Source: Campylobacterales bacterium
GTDB lineage: Bacteria; Campylobacterota; Campylobacteria; Campylobacterales; UBA6016
Reading direction: 5' to 3'
DNA: 64,000 nucleotides
Assembly (NCBI GenBank): GCA_050252455.1
Contig: JBFWKW010000001.1
Coordinates: 161,151-225,150, forward strand
The notes under the pieces are model-generated. The model saw only the letters and a program-made list of their open reading frames with translations, was not told where the DNA came from and searched no databases. A program made the translations under genes and the position numbers. Shown here in pieces: positions 39,546-48,497 of the stretch. Positions within the stretch are counted from its first letter, which is position 1; each line of letters starts with the position of its first letter.

Positions 39546-40327
39546 TGCGCAAAAAAACTATCGATTTTTCAAAATACTCTTCCATCCGTCTAGGGCCAAC
39601 CCTCGAAGTGAACGTTATCGAAAACGAAGCCGATGCGGCAGCGTTTGACGGTGTTATTATCGGCGGCGCATATAATCTAATAGTGACGGGCAAAAATCAA
39701 AACTTAGCGGTTTTGGGCGAAGAGTATGAGTATATCAGACTTGAGGATGACAGGCTTTATGTCGGTGCCGCTATGAGCGGCGGGCGAGTATTTAGCTTTG
39801 CAAAAAAAAATGACTTGGCGGGTTTTGAGTTTCTTGGCGGATTGCCGGGAACTATCGGTGGTATGCTATCAATGAATGCCGGGCTTAAAGGGCAAGAGAT
39901 GTTTAATAATATCGTTGCCGTAAAATTTGCCGACGGTTATAAAAAAAAGAGTGAAATAGAGCACGGATATAGATTTGCAAATCTTGGGGGTATAGCTCTT
40001 GAAGCTGTATTCGACGCAGGTAAAAAAGGGTTTGATGAGGCGCTGTTTGAGGAGCTAAAAAATGCTCGTAAAAATCAACCAAAAAATCCTAGTGCCGGAA
40101 GCTGCTTCAAAAATCCTCCCAACGACTACGCCGGAAAACTGCTTGAAGAGGCAGGAATGAAAGGTTGTCAAATAGGCGGTATGGCTTTTAGTGAAGTTCA
40201 TGCAAATTTTCTTGTAAATTTGGGTGATGGGAAAGTGGAGGATGCGCTAGAACTTATAGAACTAGCGCAAAAAAAAGTCATGGAAAAGTCAAGAGTCAAA
40301 TTGGAGCTTGAGGTAAAAATAGTTTAG
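39545..40327 (+). CDS. murB: UDP-N-acetylenolpyruvoylglucosamine reductase (short type)
   Basis: 260 aa. GGLPGTIGG and PSAGSCFKNP motifs. TGATG overlap with fliQ. Confidence 0.9.
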   Translation: MRKKTIDFSKYSSIRLGPTLEVNVIENEADAAAFDGVIIGGAYNLIVTGKNQNLAVLGEEYEYIRLEDDRLYVGAAMSGGRVFSFAKKNDLAGFEFLGGLPGTIGGMLSMNAGLKGQEMFNNIVAVKFADGYKKKSEIEHGYRFANLGGIALEAVFDAGKKGFDEALFEELKNARKNQPKNPSAGSCFKNPPNDYAGKLLEEAGMKGCQIGGMAFSEVHANFLVNLGDGKVEDALELIELAQKKVMEKSRVKLELEVKIV

Positions 40328-40338
40328 AATAAACTACT

Positions 40339-40355
40339 CCGCCGCACGAGGCGGC
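40339..40355. terminator. GC-rich stem-loop between convergent murB and tpx
   Basis: CCGCC-gcacga-GGCGG (alternative register GCCGC/GCGGC) followed by GGTTTTT. The stem is only 5 bp. Confidence 0.4.
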
Positions 40356-40364
40356 AGGTTTTTG

Positions 40365-40910
40365 TTAGTGGCAACCGCCGCCGCAGCAAGATGAACCTGT
40401 AGCGCCAGCAGCTTTTGCAGCTTCAAGAGCAGCTTCATAGTTTGGCTCAGCAGTTACTTCGCTTACAAGTTCTTTGTAAACTACAGTTCCCGCTTTGTCA
40501 ACCACGAATATTGCTCTAGCCGTAAGACCCCTAAGAACGCCTTCGCCTATTAGCACGCCGTAAGCTTTTGCAAATTCTTTGCCTCTAAAGTCTGAACATA
40601 CGTCAAGATTTTCGATACCTTCAGTTGTACAAAATCTACCTGCTGCAAATGGAAGGTCCATAGATACGATTTGGATTTTTGCACCGTTGATTTTTGATGC
40701 GTCAACATTGAATCTTCTAGTCTCAGCCGCACATACAGCAGTGTCAAGTGACGGAACAGCTACTATTACTTGGATACAATCGCTTGCCCCGCCTACTACT
40801 ACGTCTGCAAGACCTTTGTTTGGAAGAGTGATTGCAGGAGCTTTATCTCCTACTTTTATCTCTGTTCCCTCTAGATTTACCGGACTACCTTTGAAAAGTA
40901 CTGATGCCAT
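40365..40910 (-). CDS. tpx: thiol peroxidase Tpx with a Cys-rich C-terminal extension
   Basis: PSLDTAVCAAETRRFN peroxidatic-Cys block. About 15 extra residues ...GATGSSCCGGGCH at the C-terminus. AAGGAG RBS. Confidence 0.9.
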   Translation of the reverse strand: MASVLFKGSPVNLEGTEIKVGDKAPAITLPNKGLADVVVGGASDCIQVIVAVPSLDTAVCAAETRRFNVDASKINGAKIQIVSMDLPFAAGRFCTTEGIENLDVCSDFRGKEFAKAYGVLIGEGVLRGLTARAIFVVDKAGTVVYKELVSEVTAEPNYEAALEAAKAAGATGSSCCGGGCH

Positions 40911-40972
40911 TGTTTATCTCCTTGTTTTTTGATAACTGCTCAAATTGTAGGCTAAAAAAGATAAAATTAGTC

Positions 40973-41959
40973 TTAATTAAAATTTGCTCTTGACGCAACG
41001 TCAAAATCTGCATAATTTTTGAACATTTTTTCTTTGTAAGCCTCTACGCCAACCCTGCCTACCATAGCCGCATTATCTGAGCAAAATTCCATTTTTGGAA
41101 AAATGAGCTCAAATTTGTGCTTCTTAGAGAGTATATCAAGTTCGCTTCTTAATCGCTTATTTGCGGCCGCACCACCCACTATGCCGAGGAGTTTTGGTGG
41201 ATTAGTTTTTATTATTTGTCTGATTTTAAATATCATATGAGCTACTGCTACTTTTTGAAACGAGGCCGCAAGGTCTGCTTTTTTCTGCTCGTTCATATCG
41301 CCCACTTCCTCTATCTTGAGTCTAAAGGCATTTTTGAGCCCGGAATAGCTAAACGCAAGCCTGTTGTCTTGAAGCGCTATTGGAAGTTCGTAGACGTTCT
41401 CATCCCCTTTTGCCGCCCACTCTTCGATGAGGGGGCCGCCCGGATAGCCAAGTCCTAGCATTTTTGCCGCCTTATCAAAGCTCTCGCCAAAGCTGTCGTC
41501 CATTGTTTTTGCGACTAGCTCCACATCGCCCATGTTTTGCACTTTCATATATTGGGTGTGACCGCCGGATACTAGCAAAACGTCAAGCGGCAACGTAGAC
41601 TCATGCTCTATAAAAAGCGAATAAATATGCCCGACTAGGTGATTTACGGGGATGAGTGGAACATCTAGCGCTATTGCGACGCTTTTTGCCATAGAAACCC
41701 CTTCGACGAGAGAGACCACAAGCCCTGGTTCATTAGTCACGGCTACCGCTTTGACGCTTGGTAGATAGTCGCCGACGGACTCCAAAAGTTTTGGCAATGC
41801 AAGGGCATGCAAACGGCTAGCAAGCTCAGGTACTACACCACCATATACGCTATGCTCTGCGTCTTGCGAGATTTTGCGGTGAAAGATTAGCTTTTTACTC
41901 TCTATGTCGGTAAGAGCTATTGCGCTATCGTCGCAGCTTGATTCTATGGAGAGTATCAT
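40973..41959 (-). CDS. tsaD: tRNA N6-adenosine threonylcarbamoyltransferase
   Basis: MILSIESSCDDSAIAL, VSGGHTQ. ATG 41959 makes an ATGA overlap with the upstream stop; the track start at 41971 adds MDKR. Confidence 0.92.
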   Translation of the reverse strand: MILSIESSCDDSAIALTDIESKKLIFHRKISQDAEHSVYGGVVPELASRLHALALPKLLESVGDYLPSVKAVAVTNEPGLVVSLVEGVSMAKSVAIALDVPLIPVNHLVGHIYSLFIEHESTLPLDVLLVSGGHTQYMKVQNMGDVELVAKTMDDSFGESFDKAAKMLGLGYPGGPLIEEWAAKGDENVYELPIALQDNRLAFSYSGLKNAFRLKIEEVGDMNEQKKADLAASFQKVAVAHMIFKIRQIIKTNPPKLLGIVGGAAANKRLRSELDILSKKHKFELIFPKMEFCSDNAAMVGRVGVEAYKEKMFKNYADFDVASRANFN

Positions 41960-42501
41960 GCGCTTATCCATTCAAGCGCAAAAGGCCATGCGCCATATCC
42001 GCTATCGGAGTTTAGGTGTCCGGCATCTTTAATAATCTTCATCTCACAACCAAGCTCCTTTTGTAGCTCTTTTGCCTCGTCTACATCCATATATTTGTCG
42101 TTTGTGCTTGCCACAAAAAGTGCATCGTCTGAAAGGGTAGTCGCTTTTGGATAGGGAAAAAAGGTATCTATTGCCTTGATATTCGTGCTTCTGGCGGGCG
42201 GGGCAACTAGCAAGACTTTTTCAAATTTGGCTTCGGGATGCGCCTTTGCGTACCAAAACCAGAGCATATTGCCAAGCGAGTGACATACTATTCTGTCCGG
42301 TTTGAACGAGTCTATTATCTGTTCTAGGCTTTCAAGCCAAACTTTTTTGCGTGGGGTGTGCATAAACGGAAGTTGCGGGAAATATACGGGGTAACCCGCT
42401 TTTGCAAGCTCTGCGGCAAGCCAATTTTGCCAATGCGGGAAGTCGCTCCCGCCCCAGCCGTGGAGGATTAGTATTTTAGGCTTTAAGAGCGCTTCTTGCA
42501 T
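41956..42501 (-). CDS. alpha/beta-fold serine hydrolase (YdeN/RBBP9-like)
   Basis: 181 aa. ILILHGWGGS and the nucleophile elbow CHSLGN. Confidence 0.7.
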   Translation of the reverse strand: MQEALLKPKILILHGWGGSDFPHWQNWLAAELAKAGYPVYFPQLPFMHTPRKKVWLESLEQIIDSFKPDRIVCHSLGNMLWFWYAKAHPEAKFEKVLLVAPPARSTNIKAIDTFFPYPKATTLSDDALFVASTNDKYMDVDEAKELQKELGCEMKIIKDAGHLNSDSGYGAWPFALEWISA

Positions 42502-43567
42502 ATTCTCTTACCTCTTTGTCAAGCTCAAACACGTCGTCTATATTTGCCGTTTTTGCTCCATCGTATTTTTCGCATGCCGCAAAAATAGTATTTGCTATCT
42601 CTCCAAAAGCTATTTTTTCATCCAAAAATGCGGCTACCGCTATTTCGTTGGCGGCATTTAGCACAAGGGCCAGGCACGGGTTTGTCAAAAGCTCGTTTTT
42701 GAGTCTCCAAGCCGGGTATCTCACCTTTTCTATGGCTCTAAACTCCAGTGCTCCGAGCCTGAGCAAATCTACGGAACCAAATAAATTTGGCGTTGCCTTG
42801 CCTGTGAGGGCATACGAGATAGGGAGCCTCATATCCGGCTCGCTCATCTGTGCCGTCGTCACTCCGTCGTCAAACTCTATCATGGCGTGTATCGTGGAGC
42901 TAGTCTCTATGATGGCGTCATATGATATATCTTTGCCAAACAGCCAATACGCTTCGATAATCTCGAACAACTTGTTTACCATTGTGGCACTATCGACCGT
43001 GATTTTGCGACCCATAGTCCAGTTGGGGTGTCGCAGGACATCACTCACGCTTGAGGCATGGATTTCGGATAGTGGGGCATCTCTGAGTGCGCCGCCGCTT
43101 GCCGTTATCGTCATTTTTTTGAGCTTACCGATGCCTCGGTTTAGATACCAAAGGGCGAAGTGCTCGCTATCTACGGGGGTGATTTTGGAGGTGTCGATGA
43201 ACTGTCCGGCCGCTACGAGAGATTCTTTATTGGCAAGGGCTACCTCTTTGCCTAGTTCTATGCACTCTAGTGTTGAGCGAAGCCCTGCGAAACCGACTAT
43301 TGCGTTGAGGGCTTTTTGGGATGTTGTTTTTAAGAGAGCTTCGCTTAACCCTTCAGCCCCGTAGAAAATCTGAGCGCCCATATAGTTTTGCCCTAGTGAG
43401 CCGTCATTTTTTTCTATGCAGGCATATTTTGGACGGAATTTTTCTATCTGTTTTTTGAGAAGCTCTGAGTTGTTCCCGGCGCAGAGAAGCTCTACCTCTA
43501 TCTGCTCCCTCTCGCACACGTCAAGGGTGTTTACCCCTATGGAGCCGGTGGAGCCGAGAATTATCAA
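42476..43567 (-). CDS. dxr: 1-deoxy-D-xylulose 5-phosphate reductoisomerase
   Basis: IILGSTGSIGVNTLDV, LANKESLV, NAANE. TTG start overlapping the cdsA stop. Confidence 0.93.
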   Translation of the reverse strand: MIILGSTGSIGVNTLDVCEREQIEVELLCAGNNSELLKKQIEKFRPKYACIEKNDGSLGQNYMGAQIFYGAEGLSEALLKTTSQKALNAIVGFAGLRSTLECIELGKEVALANKESLVAAGQFIDTSKITPVDSEHFALWYLNRGIGKLKKMTITASGGALRDAPLSEIHASSVSDVLRHPNWTMGRKITVDSATMVNKLFEIIEAYWLFGKDISYDAIIETSSTIHAMIEFDDGVTTAQMSEPDMRLPISYALTGKATPNLFGSVDLLRLGALEFRAIEKVRYPAWRLKNELLTNPCLALVLNAANEIAVAAFLDEKIAFGEIANTIFAACEKYDGAKTANIDDVFELDKEVREYARSALKA

Positions 43568-44358
43568 TAAAGACCTCTAAGCAGCACCACCATTGCCACC
43601 GCACCGAACAGATGACCGTCTAGTCTATCTAGCACGCCGCCGTGCCCCGGGAGGAAATTGCCGCTATCTTTGACATCGGCATGTCTTTTTAGCGAGGACT
43701 CGAATAGGTCGCCGAATATCGAGGCTGTCGATACGGCAAAAGAGATAATAAGCGCTTTAAAAAACGGCAAAAAGGCCATACCCATTAGTGTTCCTACAAT
43801 ACTCGCCACAAGTATACCGCCAAGCACTCCCTCAAGAGTTTTGTTCGGGCTTGCCGGAGAGAACGGTACTTTGCCGACCGCTTTGCCTGTGAAAAACGCA
43901 GCCGTATCGGTGACCGCTACGATAACTATAAGCCAAAATAGCGATGCCATTCCGTAGTCTTTGTACAAAGAGAGCATAAACAGCATCGGCGCGGTCGGAT
44001 ACAAAAAGACCATAAGGTTTCTGGCCCCTTTTTGGCTCTCCGATTCATCCAGGAAGCCCACTCTATTTTTGAACGCCAAATATCCTGCATATATCAAAAG
44101 TACGAAAAAAACCAAATCTTCTGGGTCGGTCATAAAATAGGCCGCAAGCCATATCAAAATTGCAATAGGGTATAGCGACATTTTTTGGAGTTTAAATAGC
44201 TTGTTTGCCTCTATAAAACCGAGGAAATAAAATACTCCCATAAATGCCCATGTCAGGAAGTAGTTGTCTATAAGGATGACGCCTACCGTGACACCTATAA
44301 GTATGAATGCCGTCATGTAACGTTCTTTTGAAGCGTTCAAAAAATGCGGGGTTTGCAA
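43564..44358 (-). CDS. cdsA: phosphatidate cytidylyltransferase
   Basis: Polytopic membrane protein with FGDLFESSLKRHADVKDSGNFLPGHGGVLDRLD signature. The start (TTG 44358 or ATG 44316) is uncertain. Confidence 0.9.
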   Translation of the reverse strand: MQTPHFLNASKERYMTAFILIGVTVGVILIDNYFLTWAFMGVFYFLGFIEANKLFKLQKMSLYPIAILIWLAAYFMTDPEDLVFFVLLIYAGYLAFKNRVGFLDESESQKGARNLMVFLYPTAPMLFMLSLYKDYGMASLFWLIVIVAVTDTAAFFTGKAVGKVPFSPASPNKTLEGVLGGILVASIVGTLMGMAFLPFFKALIISFAVSTASIFGDLFESSLKRHADVKDSGNFLPGHGGVLDRLDGHLFGAVAMVVLLRGLY

Positions 44359-44381
44359 CTAAATTGTCCTTGTTAAAACTT

Positions 44382-44687
44382 TTAAACTTTTAAATCTAAT
44401 ATATGGTCGGATTTGTAAGGCTCTTTGGCCTCTTCTTCATCTTTTTTTTCTCTTTTTTGCTCTTTGTATTGCTCGTTGTTCTTACCGCCGTCGGCATCTG
44501 CATTTATCTTTTGAGAGCCGTCCGATTCGATAACGGGCTCGATTTTTGGCTCTTTTTCTTGTTCTGCCTGCATAGCCACGAAAGCCTGCATATCAAACCT
44601 CTGCGCAACCCCTTGGTGGAGTTGTGAGACAAGCGGCGCGGCTTGGTTGACGTATATCTGGGAACCAACAGGCGTGACGGCTGCCAT
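44382..44687 (-). CDS. hypothetical charged protein
   Basis: 101 aa. AAGGAA RBS and a K/E-rich C-terminal half. No family recognised. Confidence 0.5.
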   Translation of the reverse strand: MAAVTPVGSQIYVNQAAPLVSQLHQGVAQRFDMQAFVAMQAEQEKEPKIEPVIESDGSQKINADADGGKNNEQYKEQKREKKDEEEAKEPYKSDHILDLKV

Positions 44688-44690
44688 GTC

Positions 44691-46004
44691 CTATTCCTTT
44701 TTTACCGTTAATGTCTTATAGTTGACATAGTTGACGTTTGCCCCCTCTACGGGAGATACGTCTCTCCTTTTTGCATAATCCACAGCGTAGGAGCCGCTTT
44801 GTGACACGGAAAGCTCGACACACATCTTTGCGGCAAACAAGATAACGTCATTCGGAACCTTTTGTTTGTCGGTATGTAAAATAGTATGCGCTGAAGGCAA
44901 ATCTTTTATATGAAACCAAAAGTCATTTGAACGGGCTAATTTTAGCAATTTTTCATTTCCTTTTCGGTTTTTTCCGGTACTGATTTTGTAATCTTTGTAG
45001 AAAACCTCGAAAATATCGCTCGCCTCATCCCGTTTTTCGGCCCCTTTTTGCCTTTGGGTAAAGAGCCTTACCCCGTCTTCATCGGCGGCGGAAGCCACTG
45101 CAGACCTCTGTGCCTTAAGAAAACTGAGACGCTCACCTACTGATTCTTTTTCTTTGTATATTCCATCGGCTTTTCGGCGTAGTTTTTTAGCCTTTTGATA
45201 AAAAAAGTTCAAAATCTCTTTTTGACTTCTAAAATCAGGGAGTTCGACGGTAGTGTCCGCTCCGTCAAAATCTTTTAGCGTAACGCTTTTTTGGTGCGGG
45301 GTCACTAGGTGGGCGTTCGCACAGAGCAAATCCCCTATTTTCAAGGCTTCGTCTGATTTTTGCACAAGGTCGCCGGGCTCCTCAAAGGTGGCTAGTAGCT
45401 CTTCAAGTTTTTCTATTTTTTTATCTATTTGGGCTATTTTTTGGTTTTTTAGGTTGTCAAGACGGTTTTTTTGTTTTTGCGAGAGCATGTTTTCTAGGTA
45501 CTCATCTACATCGCCGACATCTATATCCGAAAATGCAAAAGGGGGCGGAGGCGGTGCGGCATATGTCTGTCCGATACGAAGGTCTCGTACGCCGCTTGTC
45601 TCGTATCTGAGGGCAGAAATGATGACGCCCTTGTCGTCCGTGATTACCGCATTTGCGCTTTTGCCTGTCAGCTCCAAGATAAGAGCCGTTTTTTGCTCTT
45701 TGTAGCCCAGCTTTGAAGATGCGCGGATAAATATTATTTTATCGCTACCCGATAGCTCTATGCCGTCTATGTCGCATTTTGAAAAATATTTTGAGAGTGC
45801 GGCGTCAAATGGAGCTTTGTACTCTTTTGGGGCGGTTTTTTCGTTTTTGAATATGAAGTTGTGTCCGCGCGTCAAATCAAAAAAATATGTCTCATCTCTT
45901 GAAAACTCGACCTTTAGCACGGAGTCGGCGACCCTCGAGACACGGTTTAGCTTTTTTTCGTTTTGAAGTTTGGTTGCAAGGGCTTTTAGTACGGCGTATT
46001 TCAT
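44691..46004 (-). CDS. NFACT-family protein (FbpA/RqcH-like, DUF814-containing)
   Basis: 437 aa. N-terminal NFACT-N-like region, central coiled coil, C-terminal NDFWFHIKDLPSAHTILH (DUF814-type). Confidence 0.75.
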   Translation of the reverse strand: MKYAVLKALATKLQNEKKLNRVSRVADSVLKVEFSRDETYFFDLTRGHNFIFKNEKTAPKEYKAPFDAALSKYFSKCDIDGIELSGSDKIIFIRASSKLGYKEQKTALILELTGKSANAVITDDKGVIISALRYETSGVRDLRIGQTYAAPPPPPFAFSDIDVGDVDEYLENMLSQKQKNRLDNLKNQKIAQIDKKIEKLEELLATFEEPGDLVQKSDEALKIGDLLCANAHLVTPHQKSVTLKDFDGADTTVELPDFRSQKEILNFFYQKAKKLRRKADGIYKEKESVGERLSFLKAQRSAVASAADEDGVRLFTQRQKGAEKRDEASDIFEVFYKDYKISTGKNRKGNEKLLKLARSNDFWFHIKDLPSAHTILHTDKQKVPNDVILFAAKMCVELSVSQSGSYAVDYAKRRDVSPVEGANVNYVNYKTLTVKKE

Positions 46005-46075
46005 ACCGTAATTTTACCGATAAAAGCCAAAATCGGCTAAAATTGCGACAAATAAGAGCATTTAAAGGTACAAAA

Positions 46076-47338
46076 ATGGGACAAACGATAACTGAAAAAA
46101 TTTTTAGCGACCACGCGGGCAAAGCGGTAAAGGCGGGCGATATCGTAAGAGTAAAAGTCGATATGACGATAGGCAATGACATCACTACGCCGTTGTCGAT
46201 AAGGGCGTTTGAAGAATCAGGGGCGACGAAGCTAGCAAATCCCGACGGCTTTTGTATAGTCATGGACCACTTCATCCCGGCAAAAGACATAGCAAGTGCC
46301 AATCAGGCTCGTATCAGCCGTGATTTTGCCGCCAAGCACGGTATGAAAAACTTCTTTGACGAAAAAGATATGGGTATCGAGCACGCACTCTTGCCTGAAA
46401 AAGGGATGGTAGTGCCGGGGGATGTCATCATAGGCGCAGACAGCCACACCTGTACGCACGGAGCTCTCGGCGCATTCTCTACGGGTATGGGAAGCACCGA
46501 CCTAGCTTTCACGATGATAACGGGCGAAAACTGGTTCAAAGTACCTGAGACTATCAAAGTGGTATTCTCTGGCAAACCAAAAGAGTATGTCACGGGCAAA
46601 GACCTAATCCTGGAAATCATCCGAATGATAGGGGTGGACGGCGCACTATACAAAGCGCTTGAATTCACGGGCGATACTATCCAATACCTAAGCATGGACG
46701 ATAGATTTAGCCTTTGCAATATGGCTATAGAGGCTGGAGCGAAAAACGGAATAGTTGCGGTAGACGACATCACAAAAGCATTTCTAGCTGACAAAACACT
46801 AGCTCGTGAGCCAAAATATTTCTACTCCGACGCAGATGCCGAGTATTGCCAAGTGCTTGAGATAGATGTAGCCTCTCTTGAGCCTGTCATCGCATATCCA
46901 TTCTTGCCAAGCAACGGCAAACCTCTTAGCCAAGCGGTAGCGGACAAAATCAAGATAGACCAAGCATTCATCGGCTCTTGCACCAATGGCAGACTAAGCG
47001 ACCTTGAAATGGCGGCAAAGATATTAAAAGGCAAAAAAGTAGCTCCCCATGTGAGGCTAATCATCACCCCTGCAACGCAAAAAATAGCTCTTCAAGCTTA
47101 TAAACTGGGCTTCGTAGATATATTCGTAGAAGCGGGAGCGGTATTTTCAAACCCAACATGCGGCGCATGTCTAGGCGGATATATGGGAATTTTGGGCGAT
47201 GGCGAGAGGGCGATAGCCACGACAAATAGAAACTTTGTAGGCAGAATGGGCGCCAGAACATCTGAAGTGTATTTGGCAAATTCGGCAATCGCTGCGGCTA
47301 GTGCGATAGCCGGGTATATCGTGGGGCCGCAAAACTAA
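46076..47338 (+). CDS. leuC: 3-isopropylmalate dehydratase large subunit (420-aa type)
   Basis: MGQTITEKIF start, GADSHTCTHGALGAF, GSCTNGRLSDL. The track N-terminal extension (45887) overlaps the NFACT gene and is rejected. Confidence 0.93.
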   Translation: MGQTITEKIFSDHAGKAVKAGDIVRVKVDMTIGNDITTPLSIRAFEESGATKLANPDGFCIVMDHFIPAKDIASANQARISRDFAAKHGMKNFFDEKDMGIEHALLPEKGMVVPGDVIIGADSHTCTHGALGAFSTGMGSTDLAFTMITGENWFKVPETIKVVFSGKPKEYVTGKDLILEIIRMIGVDGALYKALEFTGDTIQYLSMDDRFSLCNMAIEAGAKNGIVAVDDITKAFLADKTLAREPKYFYSDADAEYCQVLEIDVASLEPVIAYPFLPSNGKPLSQAVADKIKIDQAFIGSCTNGRLSDLEMAAKILKGKKVAPHVRLIITPATQKIALQAYKLGFVDIFVEAGAVFSNPTCGACLGGYMGILGDGERAIATTNRNFVGRMGARTSEVYLANSAIAAASAIAGYIVGPQN

Positions 47339-47355
47339 TTTTTAGGAGAGTAAAA

Positions 47356-47853
47356 ATGAAAAAAGTACTTATGCTATTGATTTTTCTTACCGGTATTTTA
47401 AGTGCGGAGCCTGATAAAAAGTTTTTGAAATTTGTTTTAGATTCAGTTCATGGAAGAAATTTTGTTGGTTGCGATAATGCCATATCTGAAGTATTTGCAC
47501 ATATAGGTGGACAAGAAATAAGAGTTGATACTCCTGTAAATCCTGATGCAAAAGATAGCATTAGAATAACGAGTTCATACGGTTCAAAGGGTGATAATAT
47601 CTTTTTGGATGTTTTGGTTAGAAAAGCCAATAAGGTGTGCACGGTTTCGCAAACGGCCATGTATACTGATAATAAAAGCTGTACAGCAAAACTCGAGGAA
47701 GTACCATCTTTTAAGTTTAAGGCCGAAACAAACGATATGATTTGGTCTAAAAATGACGGAGGGGTAAATATGTTATTGCTACCCCTAAATGGGTCATGCG
47801 TAACAATCTTCACATTAATGTCTAGTTATTCTGTCGATAAAAATAAGCGTTAG
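47356..47853 (+). CDS. secreted hypothetical protein (AT-rich gene)
   Basis: Signal peptide MKKVLMLLIFLTGILSA. 165 aa. Visibly lower GC than the flanks. AGGAGAG RBS. Confidence 0.6.
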   Translation: MKKVLMLLIFLTGILSAEPDKKFLKFVLDSVHGRNFVGCDNAISEVFAHIGGQEIRVDTPVNPDAKDSIRITSSYGSKGDNIFLDVLVRKANKVCTVSQTAMYTDNKSCTAKLEEVPSFKFKAETNDMIWSKNDGGVNMLLLPLNGSCVTIFTLMSSYSVDKNKR

Positions 47854-47854
47854 T

Positions 47855-48211
47855 TTAATAAAAATCCCCATCATCACTAAGCACCACAAGCCCTTCTAGC
47901 TCGGCGGTTGCCATGATGATGCAATCAATCGAGCTTCGTATCGTCTTGCCTCTTTTTCTGGCGTCAAAGTAGATTTTGGCAGCGAGTTTGAATGTCTCTA
48001 GGCTCGGGTGATATATCTTTTGAGTTGATAAGTATTTATCTAGTAGTTCAAACTCTTTTTGGTTTTTTGCGCCTTGTAGTATCTCTTGGTATGTCAGCGA
48101 CGAGATGCCGTACGGTACGCTGTTTGTCTCGGCGTGTTCGAATATGGCGGTGTTTTTGGTCTGGATGCCTCGTAGATGGTTGATAAGTACGGAGGTGTCG
48201 ACTAGGTACAC
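47855..48211 (-). CDS. vapC: PIN-domain toxin VapC
   Basis: 118 aa. LVDTSVLI N-terminal acidic site and C-terminal VLSDDGDF. GTG start sharing 1 nt with the vapB stop. Confidence 0.85.
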   Translation of the reverse strand: MYLVDTSVLINHLRGIQTKNTAIFEHAETNSVPYGISSLTYQEILQGAKNQKEFELLDKYLSTQKIYHPSLETFKLAAKIYFDARKRGKTIRSSIDCIIMATAELEGLVVLSDDGDFY

Positions 48212-48411
48212 TATCTAGCCGCCCTCATCGCCTTGTAGTCGTACCCGTCGGCAAACTCTATTTTGCCTTTCAAGTCCATCATTGAGAGCCTTTTGTGGTT
48301 TGCGACAAACTCTTTTAGTGCTTCGTTGACTATGTCTTTTTTGGTTTTCAGACTCGTGTATTTCATTGCTTCTTGTACGAGTGTGTCGTTTAGTTCTATA
48401 TTTGTTCTCAT
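48211..48411 (-). CDS. vapB: VapB-family antitoxin
   Basis: 66 aa. MRTNIELNDTLVQEAMKYTSLKTKKDIVNEALKEFV matches the VapB antitoxin pattern. Confidence 0.8.
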   Translation of the reverse strand: MRTNIELNDTLVQEAMKYTSLKTKKDIVNEALKEFVANHKRLSMMDLKGKIEFADGYDYKAMRAAR

Positions 48412-48441
48412 GGTGTATGCCTATGTGTATATTTATGTGTA
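48412..48441 (-). promoter_or_regulatory. candidate VapB operator (direct repeats)
   Basis: TATGTGTA at 48422-48429 and 48434-48441 (12-bp phase), plus GTGTATG at 48413-48419, immediately upstream of vapB. Confidence 0.35.
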
Positions 48442-48497
48442 AGCTTATGTTTTTAATGCTAAAGTCTTGCTGAATATTTTTGGACAAAAGGCATTTG

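Noticed and set aside
42516-43364. 282-aa plus-strand ORF
   Set aside because: It is antisense to dxr, whose identity is unambiguous. It is a shadow ORF.
45887-46075. N-terminal extension of leuC in the track ORF
   Set aside because: It overlaps the 5' end of the convergently read NFACT gene. Conserved LeuC sequence begins at MGQTITEK (46076).
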